DNA of 63,253 nucleotides, filler included, from Reclinomonas americana ATCC 50394 (lineage: Eukaryota): the NCBI GenBank assembly GCA_048213135.1. It is 17 parts of 17 records of this genome, joined end to end, with 100 filler letters (N's around TTAATTAATTAA, not from the genome) between each part and the next. Parts side by side here need not be neighbours in the genome. Positions count along the whole stretch, not along the records: positions 46,292 to 48,097 come from AFZH01016857.1; positions 48,198 to 63,253 come from AFZH01016858.1; 15 more parts are not named here. One strand, given 5' to 3'. How positions within the stretch are numbered: position 1 is the stretch's first letter; every line of letters begins with the position of its first letter. Shown here piece after piece: positions 47,322-62,147 of the stretch. Position numbers and translations under genes: made by a program. The notes under the pieces are model-generated. The model was not told the origin of the DNA and made no database searches. It saw nothing but the letters and a program-made list of their open reading frames with translations.

Positions 47322-49658
47322 CCCAGACGATGCCGCGTGCGCGGGAGCCGTGATTGAAGTGACCACACTGCCGGCCGCGGCCGCAGGAGCGCCGGGCATG
47401 GCCGGTGGGCACACCCAGCCGCGATCCACCAGGAAATCGTACACACGACCGGCCTTTACAGCATCTGCAAAGCAAGCGAGCAAAAGACGTGAGTGGTCGC
47501 CCACTAAGACAAGGCAAGATAAGCATGCGATATTAACACACTCACCCATCTTCACCAACGCCACCGCATCCGCCTTTGCCAAGCAACCCAAACGTAAACT
47601 CTCCAGCGTCACCGTCTCCTTGATTGCCAGATACGCACGCGGTTCCATCTCCAGATCGTTGCAGAGCACCGCTTCCTGTTACATCAAGCAGCAATGAGCC
47701 TTCCATAGCAGCGAATATATGGTACGAACTGACACACACTAACTCACATATACTCTCTCGCACACACACAGAGTTCCTTCCTCACTGCATCCTTCTTCAC
47801 CTCTTTTCACCCAAAACTGCTGCAAAGTCACCACCTCTCCTCTTTCCAACCGTCCTCCAATTCGCTAAAGGACAACTAACAGTGACTCGCACGCGCAAGT
47901 AATCTCCTCTCCCGACCAACATCCTTCACTTTCTTTCTGCTGCTTCTCTCACACTTTCTATTAAACGCCTCCCTTCCCCTTTTCTCTCCCTGCCCCTCAA
48001 TCCCCTCCCCCTTCCCCTTCCTTTCCCTTAATCCCCTCCCCCTTTCCCTTTCCTTCCCCCTTCCCCTTCATCCACTCACCCTCGGAGCCAACACCTCNNN
48101 NNNNNNNNNNNNNNNNNNNNNNNNNNNNNNNNNNNNNNNNNTTAATTAATTAANNNNNNNNNNNNNNNNNNNNNNNNNNNNNNNNNNNNNNNNNNNNTCT
48201 CGCACTGCGCACGAGAACGGGGAAAAGGGCTTTTGAGAAAAGGAGACAAAGACGCAAGAGGGAGGGAGGGAGGGAGGGAGGGAGGGGGAGAGCGACAGCA
48301 GCAGAGGATCCCAATGCACTGCAAGTCAATTCTTTCACACCGTTCAAGCCTGCAATGATCTCTTCTTTTTGCTCGCTCAATTTCAACGCAGTCACATCGC
48401 ACGTCATTACAAGCTGTCTTTTCTCGCGCCCTCACTCTCTCTCTCTCTCTCATCACTCTCGTCGCATGTCCCCCTTTCACCTGCTCTGTTTTCGTTCGCT
48501 GGCACTCACTCTTTTAAAGCAGATATCACTCCGCTGACATGTGCCCTCTTTCTGACTTCACGCTCCCTTGCTCGAGCCGCGTACCGCCTCGTGTACCCTC
48601 TCCTGTTTCACTCGCTTGCGCTCGCTCACTGTAAGCTGATTTGCAGAGACGTGCCCTCTCCTGAGATATCTCGCTCTCACTCCTACTCTCTTGCATATCG
48701 CCTTCGCAACTTCGATCGCTGGCGCTCGCAGCGGATCTCACGTTGTATATTGCAGAGACGTGTCCACTCAAATTTCTCGCTCCCTCTCCCTCCTCACCCA
48801 CATCGCCTATCGCCCCAAGCACCTTCTCCTTGCTTACTCGCTGACGCTCACTCTTCAGATCTCACTCCACCTTCTGCAGCAACGTGCTCCAACTGCATTC
48901 TCTCTCTTTCCGTCACTCTCGTGTCTCGTCCCGCACCGCCCCATGCACCTTCTCCTCGTTCGCTCGCAGACACGGGCCCTCTCGCGCCTCTCACGCTCTC
49001 ACTCATCACTCTCGTCGCAAATCGGCCGTGCACCTTCTCTCAATTCGCTCACTATCTCCCATTCTTATCGCTCGCTGCCGCTCGCCCTTCTTCATCCCCC
49101 ATCCCCCTTCTCCCTCCCTCCACCCACCTCCAACTTGTCCTTCGATCCCACATGATCGCTGACATCCGCCCAATTGCCGAGTCCAAACATCTCTATTCCC
49201 TCCAGCAACAGCAGCTCCTCCTCCGCACACCAGTCCTCGGTGAACAGCGGCACACTCATATCATCCATCACGTAGTAGCTGTGCCAGTTTTCGTGCTTCT
49301 GATTGTTGCTGTGATGGTGGATCTCCACGCCCACCGAGAAGCAGTCCAGACACAAATCAAAGTCGCGGCATTCGGCGCACTTGATGCGCACCGTCCCCGA
49401 AATGTCTCGTGAGCAGTAGTTGCAGTGGTAACGACCGGGAGTTGCATCTGTAAGGCAAAGTGTGTAAGATTGCGTTTTGCGCGGGAAAATTCGTGTCAGA
49501 TGGCCGCTCCCTCACCTGCATCGCCGCCATCTTCGCCCTCCACCTCCTGCCCGTCCTCGCCTTTTCTTCGCTTCTTTCTGTGCGGGGAGGGAGTGCGTGC
49601 GCGCGTGAGATGAGTGTGCGTGAGAGAGCGAGACAAGACAAGTTTGCCTGCGCGACAT
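47133..49658 (-). CDS. ADA2: Transcriptional adaptor ADA2 (SAGA/ADA): ZZ finger, SANT, SWIRM; middle partly in a gap
   Basis: YHCNYCSRDISGTVRIKCAECRDFDLCLDCFSVG (ZZ); DWCAEEELLLLEGIEMFGLGNWADVSDHVG (SANT); LCNDLEMEPRAYLAIKE...DAVKAGRVYDFLVDRGW (SWIRM). Confidence 0.95.
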
Positions 49659-49784
49659 TTCACACACACAAAACTCACACATGCGCACACAAGTCATCAC
49701 ACATGCACACATTCATGCACACACGCACACGCACACGCTCTCTGCCAAGCAAAGGAACGAAGAGAGACACAACGAGAGGCTGGG

Positions 49785-49895
49785 GTGACGCAACGGAGGC
49801 TCAGTCATCGCGGGTTACCGAGTGGGTTACTCTGGCAGGGGGAAATTGCCAGCCGTCGTAACCCTCCCTCACCGCCAATCACCCCGCCATCTCCT
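49785..49895 (-). promoter_or_regulatory. Putative ADA2 promoter: CCAAT box, GC box, three GTAACCC motifs
   Basis: CCAAT at ~49875, CCCCGCC at ~49882, GGGTTAC/GTAACCC at ~49812, 49824 and 49858; about 150-230 nt upstream of the ADA2 ATG. Confidence 0.4.
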
Positions 49896-50082
49896 CCTCC
49901 ACCTCATCATCGATCACGGCGGCAGCCGCCATGGGTGGCGGCGAATGTCGTGACCGTTTCCGCCACCTGGCCCTGTGCGGTCAGGCGTACTGGTTTGGAA
50001 AGCCATAGGCAGCGCTGCAGGGTTCGTAAACACCTATGTAACATTGTTGTATTATTTTTTCAGTCTCTTTCTTTTCTGCCCC

Positions 50083-51639
50083 TCAGCTGCGTGCTGCGGG
50101 CTTCACAGGACGCCGCTGACCGTCTTCCCCGTCACTAGCCTCGTCGTGCTCCTCCTCCGGCACATTCACCAGCGTAGTGGCGAACGGTGTCGACACCAGG
50201 TCCGCCTGGCGTTGGCGCCACGACATGCTTTCTGGTGGCACCGGCGGCACAAGCGGCGGCACCAGAAGGCCTGTCCCCGCTGGGTGGCGCGCATCGTCGT
50301 CGCGATCGAGCGAGTGAATTTTGTACGCGCGTTGCTTGGCGTCTTCGTCGTCTGCAGCATCATCACCGTGTTCGTGGTACACCTCGGGAAGGAACACCTC
50401 TGCGTTATTCAAGCGTGAGTGAGGGCAAGTAAGTTGTACGCGAATGCACACTACACGCATGGACCGCAACTCGAGTTGGCCAGCTGATGCCGCGCGGCCG
50501 CCACCGCCTCGGCAATCATCTCCTGCTGGATTTCGTGCTCGTCTTCCTCGTCCTCGTGTTTCGGCTTGCACCACGGCAGGCACATGCAGCAGGCCCATCC
50601 GAGGTACTTGCGCAGTCGCGGGTAGTGCGAAATCACTTCGTAGGTCTGCTCAGACGGAGTGAGTTAATCGTGTACACGAATGCAGGTCGTCCACGCATGC
50701 GGTCGACCTACTCACCTGCATGACAAACTGGAGGTACGAGCGCGAGTGAAAAGAGAGACGCATGCGAATGAGATTTGGAAGAGACAAGAAAGACAGCGCA
50801 AGCGGCGTCAGGATTCCTACCTCCGCCAAGAAAACTGTGACAAAAGGATGCAGTGAGAAACCACGTCACAAACATGAACAAAACAAAACACTCCTAACGC
50901 ACCTCCGCTGCCGTACACCAAGACTGCATGAAACCAATAACAGAGTGATGAGCATGTGCATGCATTCACATTGCTCTATTCGCTTCGTTTCGTGTCTTGT
51001 GAGACGCAACTGATGCAGGTCAGTACGATCAGCAGATTGCTGAAAATGCTGGCCTCCGCCGGCAGCGTCTCCATCTTCAGACTCATGCCGATAAACATGA
51101 GAGACCAGAGATCCATCTGCGCAAACAATGAAAATGCGTCAGCCGACATCAACTCAGATTGCCAGTCTTATGTGGACAAACCAGCGCCTGCGTGCAAATG
51201 AAACAAGATGAGTCAATCAGAATCACGTAGCGCAATGCACCATGGCCAGCGACAGCGAGCACACACCGCCGACTGAAGTCGCTGGTCGCTGAGTTTAGCG
51301 AACGGGCGAATCTGCAAGTGAGCCACCAGGGCCAATGTGATCACCACCTGCGCGTCACGCGTGAGAAGCGAAAGCAACAACAACATCTGCTTTCCTCCAG
51401 TCGCTTTCCTTACCATGCCCAACACGAGCTGCAAGCTGGATCGGACACCTACATGGTGAATAACATTGAGCAGCAACATCTCTCACTCTGTACTTCGCAC
51501 AATGACATGACAGGCTGCTCTCTCTCTCTCTCTCCGTGTGTGTATGTGTGTGTTCGTGCACGTCTATGTCCTTTCTTTCCCTCTCTTCCCAATTCCACCA
51601 TTCCTCCATCCATTCTCTCTCTCACCTCTCTCTCTCTCT

Positions 51640-51708
<69 letters not shown>

Positions 51709-54700
51709 CTTCGACCAGCTCACCAATGACAACAAGCGCGCTGGCCAGGATGAGCTTGCGGAAGGTTTCGATTGCTTCCCAGTACTGCAGGAACAGTTGA
51801 CAACAAAAGTCAGCGCAAGTGAAGCATCGCGTCAACACGCGTCCAGAATGAAAGCACCTCAGCACCAGGTCTGTGTGGGCGCAAAGAAACGATGAGCACC
51901 TTGTCATATCAGAAGCGATGCACTCAGCCAACATGCATGCAACTCACCGGTAGGCCTCGTAGAAGAATCCCCACCTCTTCTCAAAAGCAGGTTCTCGCAG
52001 CTGATGTCTGTTGCGAATGGTAAAGATGATGATGAAGAGCGGGAAGCCAAGCGGGATGAGTCTGCGCAGCACGCATACACGCACAGGAGGTCAGCCACAG
52101 TGGACTGAATAGCCGAAGGCAAGAAGTATAATGAGACGTACGCCATCATGGTGACCACCCAGGGCAGCTGGAGGATCCATTTTCTGCGAGCGACGCACAA
52201 TGAGGAGATTATTCGACACTGCGATGCAGTTCGCGCGAATGAACGCAACGAATCAAAGCAGCGGTACGTCAAGTCTGCACAGACAGAGAGGCGAGTGAGC
52301 AACAAAGAACGAGAGCACACCACAGGACCACACAGCAGCGCAGTACCAACCATTGTACAACCACTGACCGTCGTCCAGAGTCAAGCAGCGGAAGTACGAC
52401 ATGAGAATGACCGACGTGCCCGGATACGACAGGAAGAACTGAGAAAGGATAAGTGAGTCAGCAAGACAATGACACACATCACTCGCAAGTAATAAGAACT
52501 CACAATCAAAAAGGCGCGCTGCACAAAGAGCTCCTTTGGCGACAGCACATGGTCATGCCGTTTCACAACCGTCGTCACAGTAACCGTGGCCTTGATGAAT
52601 GTGCCATTAGGTGCCATGTTTTGCATCTCCTGTGACTTTAGCTCTCCGTCGCCCTTGTCACTTTCTCCACCGACATTCGCCACCACCTTGCCGTGACTCG
52701 GAGTCTCGCCTGACCATTGCTCACGAGTGAGAGACAAAATGATCATGTAGTTGCATGAAATGCTCGACAACACTCACCATCCGAGTGATCGGTTTCATCT
52801 CCACCGTCTGCTGCGTGCGTGTCGCGCTCCACTCGCGTGGAACCGAGATCACTGTGCTCGACAGAGTTTGGCCTCAGCGACATCCACCGCTGCAAAGCGC
52901 AAGTGTGCGTTAGTATCTTGTCCTTTCCACCGCAACACCTCCGTTCCCCATCGTTCACCTCCCGATCTGGCAAAGACGACGCAGACACAAAGTGCGCAAT
53001 CGTCCGCGGCTGGTCGTCCGAGTGACGCATGGCGAAAATGGCACTGTGAGTCGCCGGACTGGTGAGTCCATGCATGCCGGGGTCTGGATCCGGAGCGACC
53101 TTTCCAGAGGCCTCGGCGGCGGTGAGTGCCAGATGATGCGGAGTGGTGGCGTCTGCGCGCGACACAAACTTTCTAAATTGCTGCGCAGATCGATCGGTGT
53201 TCTCACACGCAAGCGCACCTTGCACGTGGTCGTCGTGGTGAACGGCCATCGTCTCAACTCCATCGTCACCAACCTTGCCGGTCAGCGCCAACTGTCCGTG
53301 CTCGCTGTGCGCGTCGTCGACGCCGCCCTCGGGAGTCGTGTCGATGGGAGTCACGGCTGCGGTGGATGCCGCCTTGCGGCGTATGCAACGTCGAATAAAG
53401 TTGAGGACCGCGGCGCGCGCTTTAGGCACGCGAATCAGCATGAACAGGCCGAGAAGACCGATCGCCAGGAACGGTGCTGAGGGAATCAACTGTGGGGTAA
53501 CAAGGAAAGTGTGAGCGCGGCGGGAGCAAAGCAAGTCTCAAACACCCAACATGGATCAATCTTGCACATTCGCATCCTTACGAGGTCCTTGTCTCGTCTC
53601 CATACCTATGTTTACTCCTCTTACTCTTCCTTTTTTTCCTTTTCATCTTGTGTTCTCGTTCTTCGTGTGCCAGCTACAGTCTCTTCCAACAGCTCGACAA
53701 TTTACTTCTCTTCTCCTCCTCCCCTCTCATCAATACATCGACCATGCTCACTCTTTCCAATCCTAATCCCTTCCCATTCCCAATCAATAATCATTTCCTC
53801 TCTCCTTCCTCTCTCTTTCCTCTCTCCCTCCTATCCTTCCTCCCTTTCTTCTCTCTCCTCTCCCTTTCCACCCCCCTTCCCCTTCTCCCTTCACCTTCCC
53901 CCTCGCACTTCCCCCTCACCCCTCTCCCTTCCCCCCTGCCCCCTTCATCTTTCCTTCTTCTGCGACCACGCACATATAGCTTGACGAGGTAGTTTCCACT
54001 TCCAGGAACGATGCATGGCAGCGGAGTGGCCTTAAAAATGTCCAGGTTGATAAAGGAGAACAGACGCGTCACCGACAGCCACCTGTCACCAAACACGTGA
54101 GCAAGTGAACGCCATTTCTACTTCTACATAAAGGCGACGGAAAGCTCACCCGATTGGCCACGACACTTGATAGTTTGGTAACTGCGCAGATAGGAGAGAA
54201 GAATACGCTGTCAGCACAACACCTTCCACGACCGCCCAGCACACAATCCCACATCACTGTCGCAGTACCTCATAGACCTGCAAACAAACAATACAACTCA
54301 TGAGCACCCATGTTCACGCCACGCCATTGCTTGCTCAACCAACACGCACCATCTGAATGTACGAAATAATGATGCTGGTGACGACGGCGAAAGCGGGCAT
54401 TGAGTAATCATTAAATCGTTGTCACGCACAGCACATGCAACACTCACCGGACTTTGATCATGGCACCCTATTGGCAACAGACGCAAACAAGTGAGAAAAC
54501 TGCCACTCTTTGTTTACGTCATGGACGAGCACGCAACAGAAGTCCTCAAAAAGTAGAAGAAGATCACCACACCAGTGATGATAGCAATGAGGATGATCAG
54601 GGTGACCATGGAGTTACCGGCGGTCGGACATGCTGTGCATTGCAAATGACACAATGAGTGCACATCAGAGGATCAGAGCGCACACTGCAGCGAAACGCAA

Positions 54701-57700
54701 CGACCACACTTGGCGCTGGTCAAGTAGTACCCAGGAATGCACAGAGCGCACACCGGACCGTAGTGACCGTCCGCACATGAAGTGCCGTTATCATTGGGAC
54801 ACCTGCGAGAATGGATTGGTTGGCAACATTCCACGTCTCACAGTTGAAAGCGCAAACCGCACACACCAATCCTCTCGCGGACAAGAGTAGAATGAAACCT
54901 ACATGTAGAAGGAAATTGAGAAAGATAAGACACACGACTGTCGCAGCACGGTTGCCATACGCACGCTTTCATTGCTGGAGCGCCAGTATCCAGTGTCCGG
55001 TTGCGTGAGCAGTCCAGTGTCGCAAATTCCACCTGCAGCGAGCACATTAGAGCTCTTCCGCGAGACTTACAGCACGAGAAATCTGAGTACACAAACCAGT
55101 GGGGCACGAGCGGCACTGCACAAGGACAACACAATAACATTCAGTCCGCATCAAACAATGTTCATGTACTCCCGCCCGCTTCAATCCGTTCTGTCCTCGT
55201 TTCTCTCCTTCCCCTCTCTCACCCCAACACAAACCTGCGTCTCCCCCGAGTGCAACGTAAAGTCCGTGCCGGTGCACGAACGACAGCTGTCGTACGCAAA
55301 GCGCAGATCATGTGAGCTTTTTCGCTTCGCTAGAATACGCACAACCAAGCAAACGCAACACCAACGCCGTGGTGTCTTCGTACTCGCTCGGTACGCACGA
55401 GCGGAGGCTTACGGCGACCGACAAGACAGTGGTGCTGAGCGTTGTTTGAAAGTTCTGCAAAACGACAAGAGCTTAGAAACTGATGGTGACAAACACAGTA
55501 AAGCTGCACTCACAATGACATTGGTCGAACCCGGCTTGGCAGTCACGCCAAAGTTGCTGCAAGCCCACACCCAACAACAAATCAGTACACCTCGTTCTCC
55601 CCTTCTCACATGAGTGTGTGTGTGTGTGCACACGCACGTGAATTTGGCGACACCGCCAGAAACAGGAACACTTCGTGTTCCTGCAAACAAGCGCACACAG
55701 TGAGTGGACATTTTTCGCCACGGACTTGATTTCGCGGCAGCGCACACACCGACAATGGTCACGTTGCTGCTGCTGGTGTCCGCCGTGATCACAGTGCTGT
55801 TTGCAAGGAGTGTAAGCCACAGCACAAATCACTCTCCTTTTCCTGTCTTGGATGGATCAACAAACCCATCGCTATCCGACACCGTTTGTCCGTACCTGCT
55901 CACCACAGCGATTAGATTCAGAAACAAAGCACACACCAGCCAGACCCTTCTCGCCATCAACTCACGTGTCGACCAGCAGGATGGCAAACGTGCTGAGAAT
56001 CTCGCCACTTGTGCCAGAAAGTGTACCAAGGCTGCCGCGAATGTGCGCCTCCAGTCGCAGGTTTCCTACCCGACGGTACGCGTAGCTCCCGCTCATGAAG
56101 TCTGACTCGGCCACGCTGCTGGTGGTAGTCGTCGTTGTTGTGTCCGTGACCACCAAGCCACCGAAGGCCAGCCCTCGTCCGTTACTGATCCATCACGCGG
56201 TGCAGATCAGACAAACTACAGGCGGCACGCACAATTATCGCTGCCCAAACGAAAACAAACCTGCCATACAAGCCGCCATATGTGGCCGTGTTGGACGCGT
56301 CCACTTGCACTGCGGTGCTCGTACACGGCGATGCCTTGTCAAAGAAGATGGCGCCGCCAGCAACCGACCTGTGTGCGGCGCATTCGTGAGCCATGTGCAT
56401 TAAATCAAGGTTTCTTCTGCAAGTGAAAAACTCACGCTGCATTGTCCGCAAAGAGCGCCGACTCGACACATCCAGAGGTACTTGCTGTGTCGCGCACATG
56501 CCGACCCTGCGGTTGACAACCGTGTATGAGCGAGTGGTGCACATCCAACATGCGTTGAAATTGTTCTTTGCACACAGCGTACCTCCGCCAACTCCTTGAA
56601 CTCGGCAAACGGAGTGACGACAATCGCTCGGTCGTGCAACATACTCTCGTAGCCAGTTGTGGAATCATCAATGCTGGTCGAGTTCTGCGATGTGGTCGAG
56701 GCCACACGGCTTGTGCTGTAGTACATGCCACCACCCTGTGTGGAACGAGGAAGTCAGCAAGTTTTCATAAAGCGCTTCGTATGGATGCTGTAGCGCCATA
56801 CCTTTACAGCGCCGTTGCCGGTGATCTTCGTACTGCGAATCGTGGCATCTCCGTCTCCGACATGGAAGCCGCCACCTGCAATGAGAGTGAGCACTTAAAA
56901 CTAGCAGGCACATCGCGTCCCTCCACAATCCGCACCATAACCGGTCGTGCTGCGATGCAACACCACAGTGTGAGAGTGAGACGCCAACACAATGAACGCA
57001 AAGCGAATGTGCACGTACCAGTTATTCTTGCTCACAAGAGCATTCTCGATGACAGCCGACGTGAATGACAACAGTGAAATGGCACCGCCGTGTCCGCCGG
57101 TGCTGATGTTGCCCGAGAACGTGTTCGTGTTGGTGGTAGAGTTTGCGGCGCGAATGGACAATACTCCGCACTGCATCAATCAACAGAACAACAATCGTCA
57201 ATCCCAAGTCACCAGAGAGACTCCTGCAACGCTACAGAGTTCGACAAACCGCTGGGCACGCCAGGCCACCACCATTACCACTTGCAGTATTGTCGCTGAT
57301 CGTGTTGAAGCCGCTGAAGGAGAGAGGAGCAGTGCCGCCGAGACACAGCGCTCCGCCGTCACCGCCGGCCTTGTTGCCAGACAAACTTGAATCCGACAGC
57401 ACGTGCGTTCTGCGGGTGGTGACAGCAGAGTGAGTAGGTTACACAAGGATGCGTACAAGCATACTACAACCCCCTGTGCCGCACCTCGTGCCGTCAAGGT
57501 AGACAGCGCCACCACTACTGCCGGCCGTATTTTGCGTGAATGATGTCCGCGAAATTGTGACGCCACAGCGTGAAGTTGACAGAGCGCCACCGATACCACT
57601 GGTGGCCACGTTGCTTGAAAACTTGGAGTCGTTGATGGTCAGCGTATCCGATTGGTCGCACTGCGGGATAGCTAAGGGCATTGACTGCATAGCACTCTGG

Positions 57701-60700
57701 CAAAGTGAAGCAAACGCACCTGCAATGCACCACCATTCGAAGCAGCCGTGTTCGACGAAAACGCCGTGTTGCTCATGGTAACCGGAGAAATGTACAAGCT
57801 CAATCCACCGCCGACCTCGGTAGCCACATTCTGTGACAGTGTGCACTGAGAAATGGTGGCTGTGCTGAAGGCCAGCTGCAGGCCTCCGCCAGTTTGAGCG
57901 GTATTCATCGACACAGTCAGCGAACTGCAAGGCGAGAGTGAAACGGCAAGTGAGGTGACTGCCAGCAAGCACATGTGGAGCCAAGAACCACGGAACGTCA
58001 GTCGCATGTCTGCCAGCGTGGCGGAGAGAGCACCGCCACGACTGCTGGCCTTGTTCTGCGACAAAGTAGTGCCAGTGGCCGTCAACGATCCTGTCTGTAG
58101 ATTCGACACCACGCGAGTGAGTCATACGGCGATCTAACGAGCGCTAGCACCTCAATGCACACGCACACACCGTGAAGATGCCCGCGCCGATCTTGGCCTA
58201 TTGTAAGAAACACCCAACTCAGTAAGGAAAATGCGGCAGAAGCGAAAGCACATTGCTTGCTGCGACGAGCCTCATTCAGAGTGATGTTTCCACGCATGAT
58301 CGTAAGACTGCCAGCATCCTGGTAGATTGCACCACTGTGCACGAGAAACAAGTAGCGATGAACATCAAAAGTCCGACGTGACGACAAAGAGAGATGAATA
58401 AAAATACCCGCTCGGCTCGTCCGGTGAGTTTGCAGCAACAACGGCCTTGTTGCTCGTAAACGTGCAGTCGGTGATGGTGGATTGTGCTGACGAGCTGTAT
58501 GAAAGCGCACCGCCTTGCGCAGCCTGGTTGTTGGAGAACGCTGATGAAGAGAGAGTGAAGCTCCCATCTGCGCATATCACACAGTGAGAACGCATGTGGC
58601 ACCGCCTCTCGCGTGAGAAGCAAGAAACCGCACCCGACACTCGCATTGCTCCACCGTACGTGGAGCACACATTCGAGGTAAAGGTGCAGTTGGAGGCCAC
58701 CATTTGACCAGCTGCGCAGCAGAGGGAGGTCAACAAACGAACGTCCTTACTTACAGAGCAGATAATTGACGAACTATTAAAAAGCAGTGCCGAGCCAAAT
58801 GAGCCGGTATTGTTCTGCTCATGCACACATTCAAGTAAGACGGAATGGAACGTAAACCGATGAACATAGTCTTGGGATGATTACCCAAAACACATTCCCC
58901 GACATGGTCACTTGGCCGCCATTGATGAGCACAGCGGCACCTTGGATGCCATACTGGTCCACGTAGTTGTGCTGGAAGCTGCAGATGGCGAGGAAGTGAG
59001 CGAGTGCATAGGCGCATTAGGCATCATCACAACAGCCAATAGAAAGAATCAAGAAATGGCAACCCCGTAGCTCTCTTCTAGCAATCACCAACCTGGAACC
59101 ATAGATGAACAACTGCGCTCCCTGCGAGTAGATGCAAGCTGCGCCCGAGTTGTCGTTAAAGTTTGTCGGCCTGTTGGCTGCGCTCCGTTCGCACAGCGTG
59201 TTGTTGAAGTGCACAGTCCCTTGGCCACCAGAGAGAAACACGGGAAGGCTCGAGTAGCTGATGCGCGAGTTCAACACCTGCAGCACCGTGTTGGCATCGC
59301 CGTTCACGATCACGCCCTGTTATTTGGCAAAGAGGTCAGGGACACGAACACACGACGGCGAGGACAAACGAGATAATCATCGAACCTGTTGTACGCCTGC
59401 ACAATGAATGCAAAAAAACACGTCAGTTAGTACACTCACACATTCAAACACTTGCTTGTGCGTGCACTCACCCGTCATTTGCACATTATTCAGTATCACT
59501 GTGCCCATTTGCAAGGCTGCCACGCACGCGACGCAGCGCTGAATAATGCCGTTGGTAAGTGTCAGCTTGCTGTTTTGCTGCAACTCGAACCCTCCAGTGT
59601 CCATTCCAGTCTGCCGGAAACGAATCACAAATATGAGGGGCATACTAGGAGAATTCGAGCTGCTGCTGCAACGCAACTGCATTGCACCGGTCGAGGATGG
59701 CTCCAGTGAATACGTACTCGATTGTAAACATGTCGCCGTTGTCGCTGGTGTAAAACGGGAATCCCTCGCAGTCAATGGTGAAGGTGCCAGTGGAAGGACT
59801 GGCGGCCAATGTGAGGCGGCGCACTGAATACGACGGCAGCTGCATCTTCAGGTCCGCTGCCGTCAACGAGCGATTGCCTGCACGAAACCATTCGTGAGCG
59901 ATGCTGCATTACGGTCAGCTGATACGGAAAAAGGACGGCCGCTGCCTTCCGCACCGACTCCCTTGATAACGGTGTTGACTGGCACACTGACCACGGGGTA
60001 CTGCTCGAGAAGAATGTAGTCCCGCAGAGTTTTCGTCGGTGTGTACGCGTATGACGGCGAAAGGGTGATGGTCAGCGTCGAGTACGAAGCCGTGGTGAGG
60101 TGCTGAAGCGCAGTCACTGCAAAGGACAAGACCGAGTTGCAATGAGCTCGAATCCACAGGAATCGAGAGCGAGGGCAAGTACAATGAGGTGGACAAGAGG
60201 TGTGGCGACAGACCTGGACGCAGGCGAAAATTGTACGTTGAACCCGAAACCAGGCCGGTGACAGTACAAGTAGTCCCGAAGATGGTCCCGCACCCCGTGT
60301 AGCTGACGTATTGTGCTATCAATATTGCACGCTGTATCAGCATCATTCGGTGGAACTCGTGCGCTCAAGCGAGCTGACTCACCAGCCGTGGACAGCTTGA
60401 ACTGGAGATCCAGATAGAAGCGACCCCACGTGAGGTACGTGCTGGGAATGGACCAGGTGAGCACGACTTGCGTCAACCGCCGCTGGGCGACGTCTTCCGC
60501 AAAGTTGGTGACCGACAACGGAGTCGCTGTTTCGAAACAGGACTAAGAGTGGGTACACGGAGAGATGCGCAATGCATTGCTGGAGATATAATATACACAC
60601 CCTCAGAATAGTAGACCTTGCTCACCCACACGTCGGGCGACGGCATGTTGATGGTCTGCAGCTTCTGCAAGTTGCTGCCAAGGCTTGGATAATCGCCGCC

Positions 60701-62100
60701 CTGTGTGCACGTGCAATCAGCAATGGTGGCGAATGATGAACGGTGGCACACAAAAGAGGACCCACCTGGTTGGCTGCGCTGTTGCCGTTGTACACAGTGA
60801 AGATATTGCCGGTGGCATCGCGGAACACCAAGTGGCTATAATTGGGAAACGTGCGTGCCGGCGTGTCGCTCGTCGGACTCACGACTTGCTTGGTGACGGC
60901 GTACGTATTCAAATCCACATATTGGAAACTGTTGAGTGCAGAGCGAAAATGTCAGGCGGTGCAATAGAAGTTGACACACGAGCTCGCAAAAACGAGACTC
61001 ACAGGCAGTCCGGTGACGACACCCACGCGCTGTGGACGGCAGACGGAGTGTTAGAGTTCACGAGAAGATAACCTGCTGCTGAGTTTCTAGGTCTCGACGC
61101 ACAAATTCTCATCGTTGCTGATCACCACTGCGCCGTATGCATCCGTTTCGGAGGTGAGTTCCACGCGAGTGAGAGCCGTGCCCCAGGCCTGCAAATAAAC
61201 GTAGCCATGCGGTTCCTGATCATCAAAGTCCCACTACGCAACGGAAACACCCGAGTAAGAATCAACTGCGAGCCCGGCAGCTGTCGCGCACGTACTCACC
61301 GCAGCCAGATACACGATGCGGGTGGAAGGCGTAATGGTGTTATCGTTTCCATGATCGTCCTGTCCTCCGTAGACAATGGCTGTGGGGAGGTGGGTCAGTT
61401 TGAAGCGAGGTCAGCTGCCGACTGATGCTAACAAGATCGCACGATTTGGTTGAGCATTCTTTGCAGCAGCGTCGCAGGTCACTGTATGGAACAAAAAATA
61501 GTCGGCTGCTGTGTGTGGTAGGAGGAAAACTCAAAAGGCACGCATACCAGAGATCCAGATGGAGGCGCTCTTGGCAGAGAGCGAGCGCGGATAGCAGGGC
61601 ACCCAGTATCGCGCTCCGTTCATCGGAGGAGAAGGAGAGTTTGCCGTGTTGTACGACCAGTACAGAAACGAAAAGGTTGCGCTGTCGATGGCGGCAATGT
61701 AGGTTTTCACCACCGCTGCAGTGATCTGCTCCTCGTCAACATCGTTATCCTGTGAGACCGTTGGCTGCGATTGGGTGGACTGTCAGTCACGATAAGATAG
61801 CGTCTAAGGAAGTATGTATGGACACGAACCATGGTATTGTCCCACCATAATGTCTTCTGAGTCGTACCGGCCACCACAAACATTTGTGAATGTGCATGAT
61901 AAACAATGAAATCTGGATGTGAAGGGGCCGAGCAGTGAGCGAATCCACACAGCGTATCGAACACTTACGTCGCAGGTGCTGCGAACCAGCCGTTGTCGCT
62001 CTGTTAGTATCGGTGGACATCAACTGGCCAGCCTTGTCGCGGTTCAATCCGTTTGCAGTGAGTCGCTGGCGAGAGTTGATGGGTGAGACAGCTGATGAAT

Positions 62101-62147
<47 letters not shown>

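Noticed and set aside
49824..49925. U1 snRNA-like TTACTCTGGCAGGGG and GATCACG
   Set aside because: It lacks the ACTTACCTG 5' end, the ATTGCAC loop and a properly spaced Sm site.
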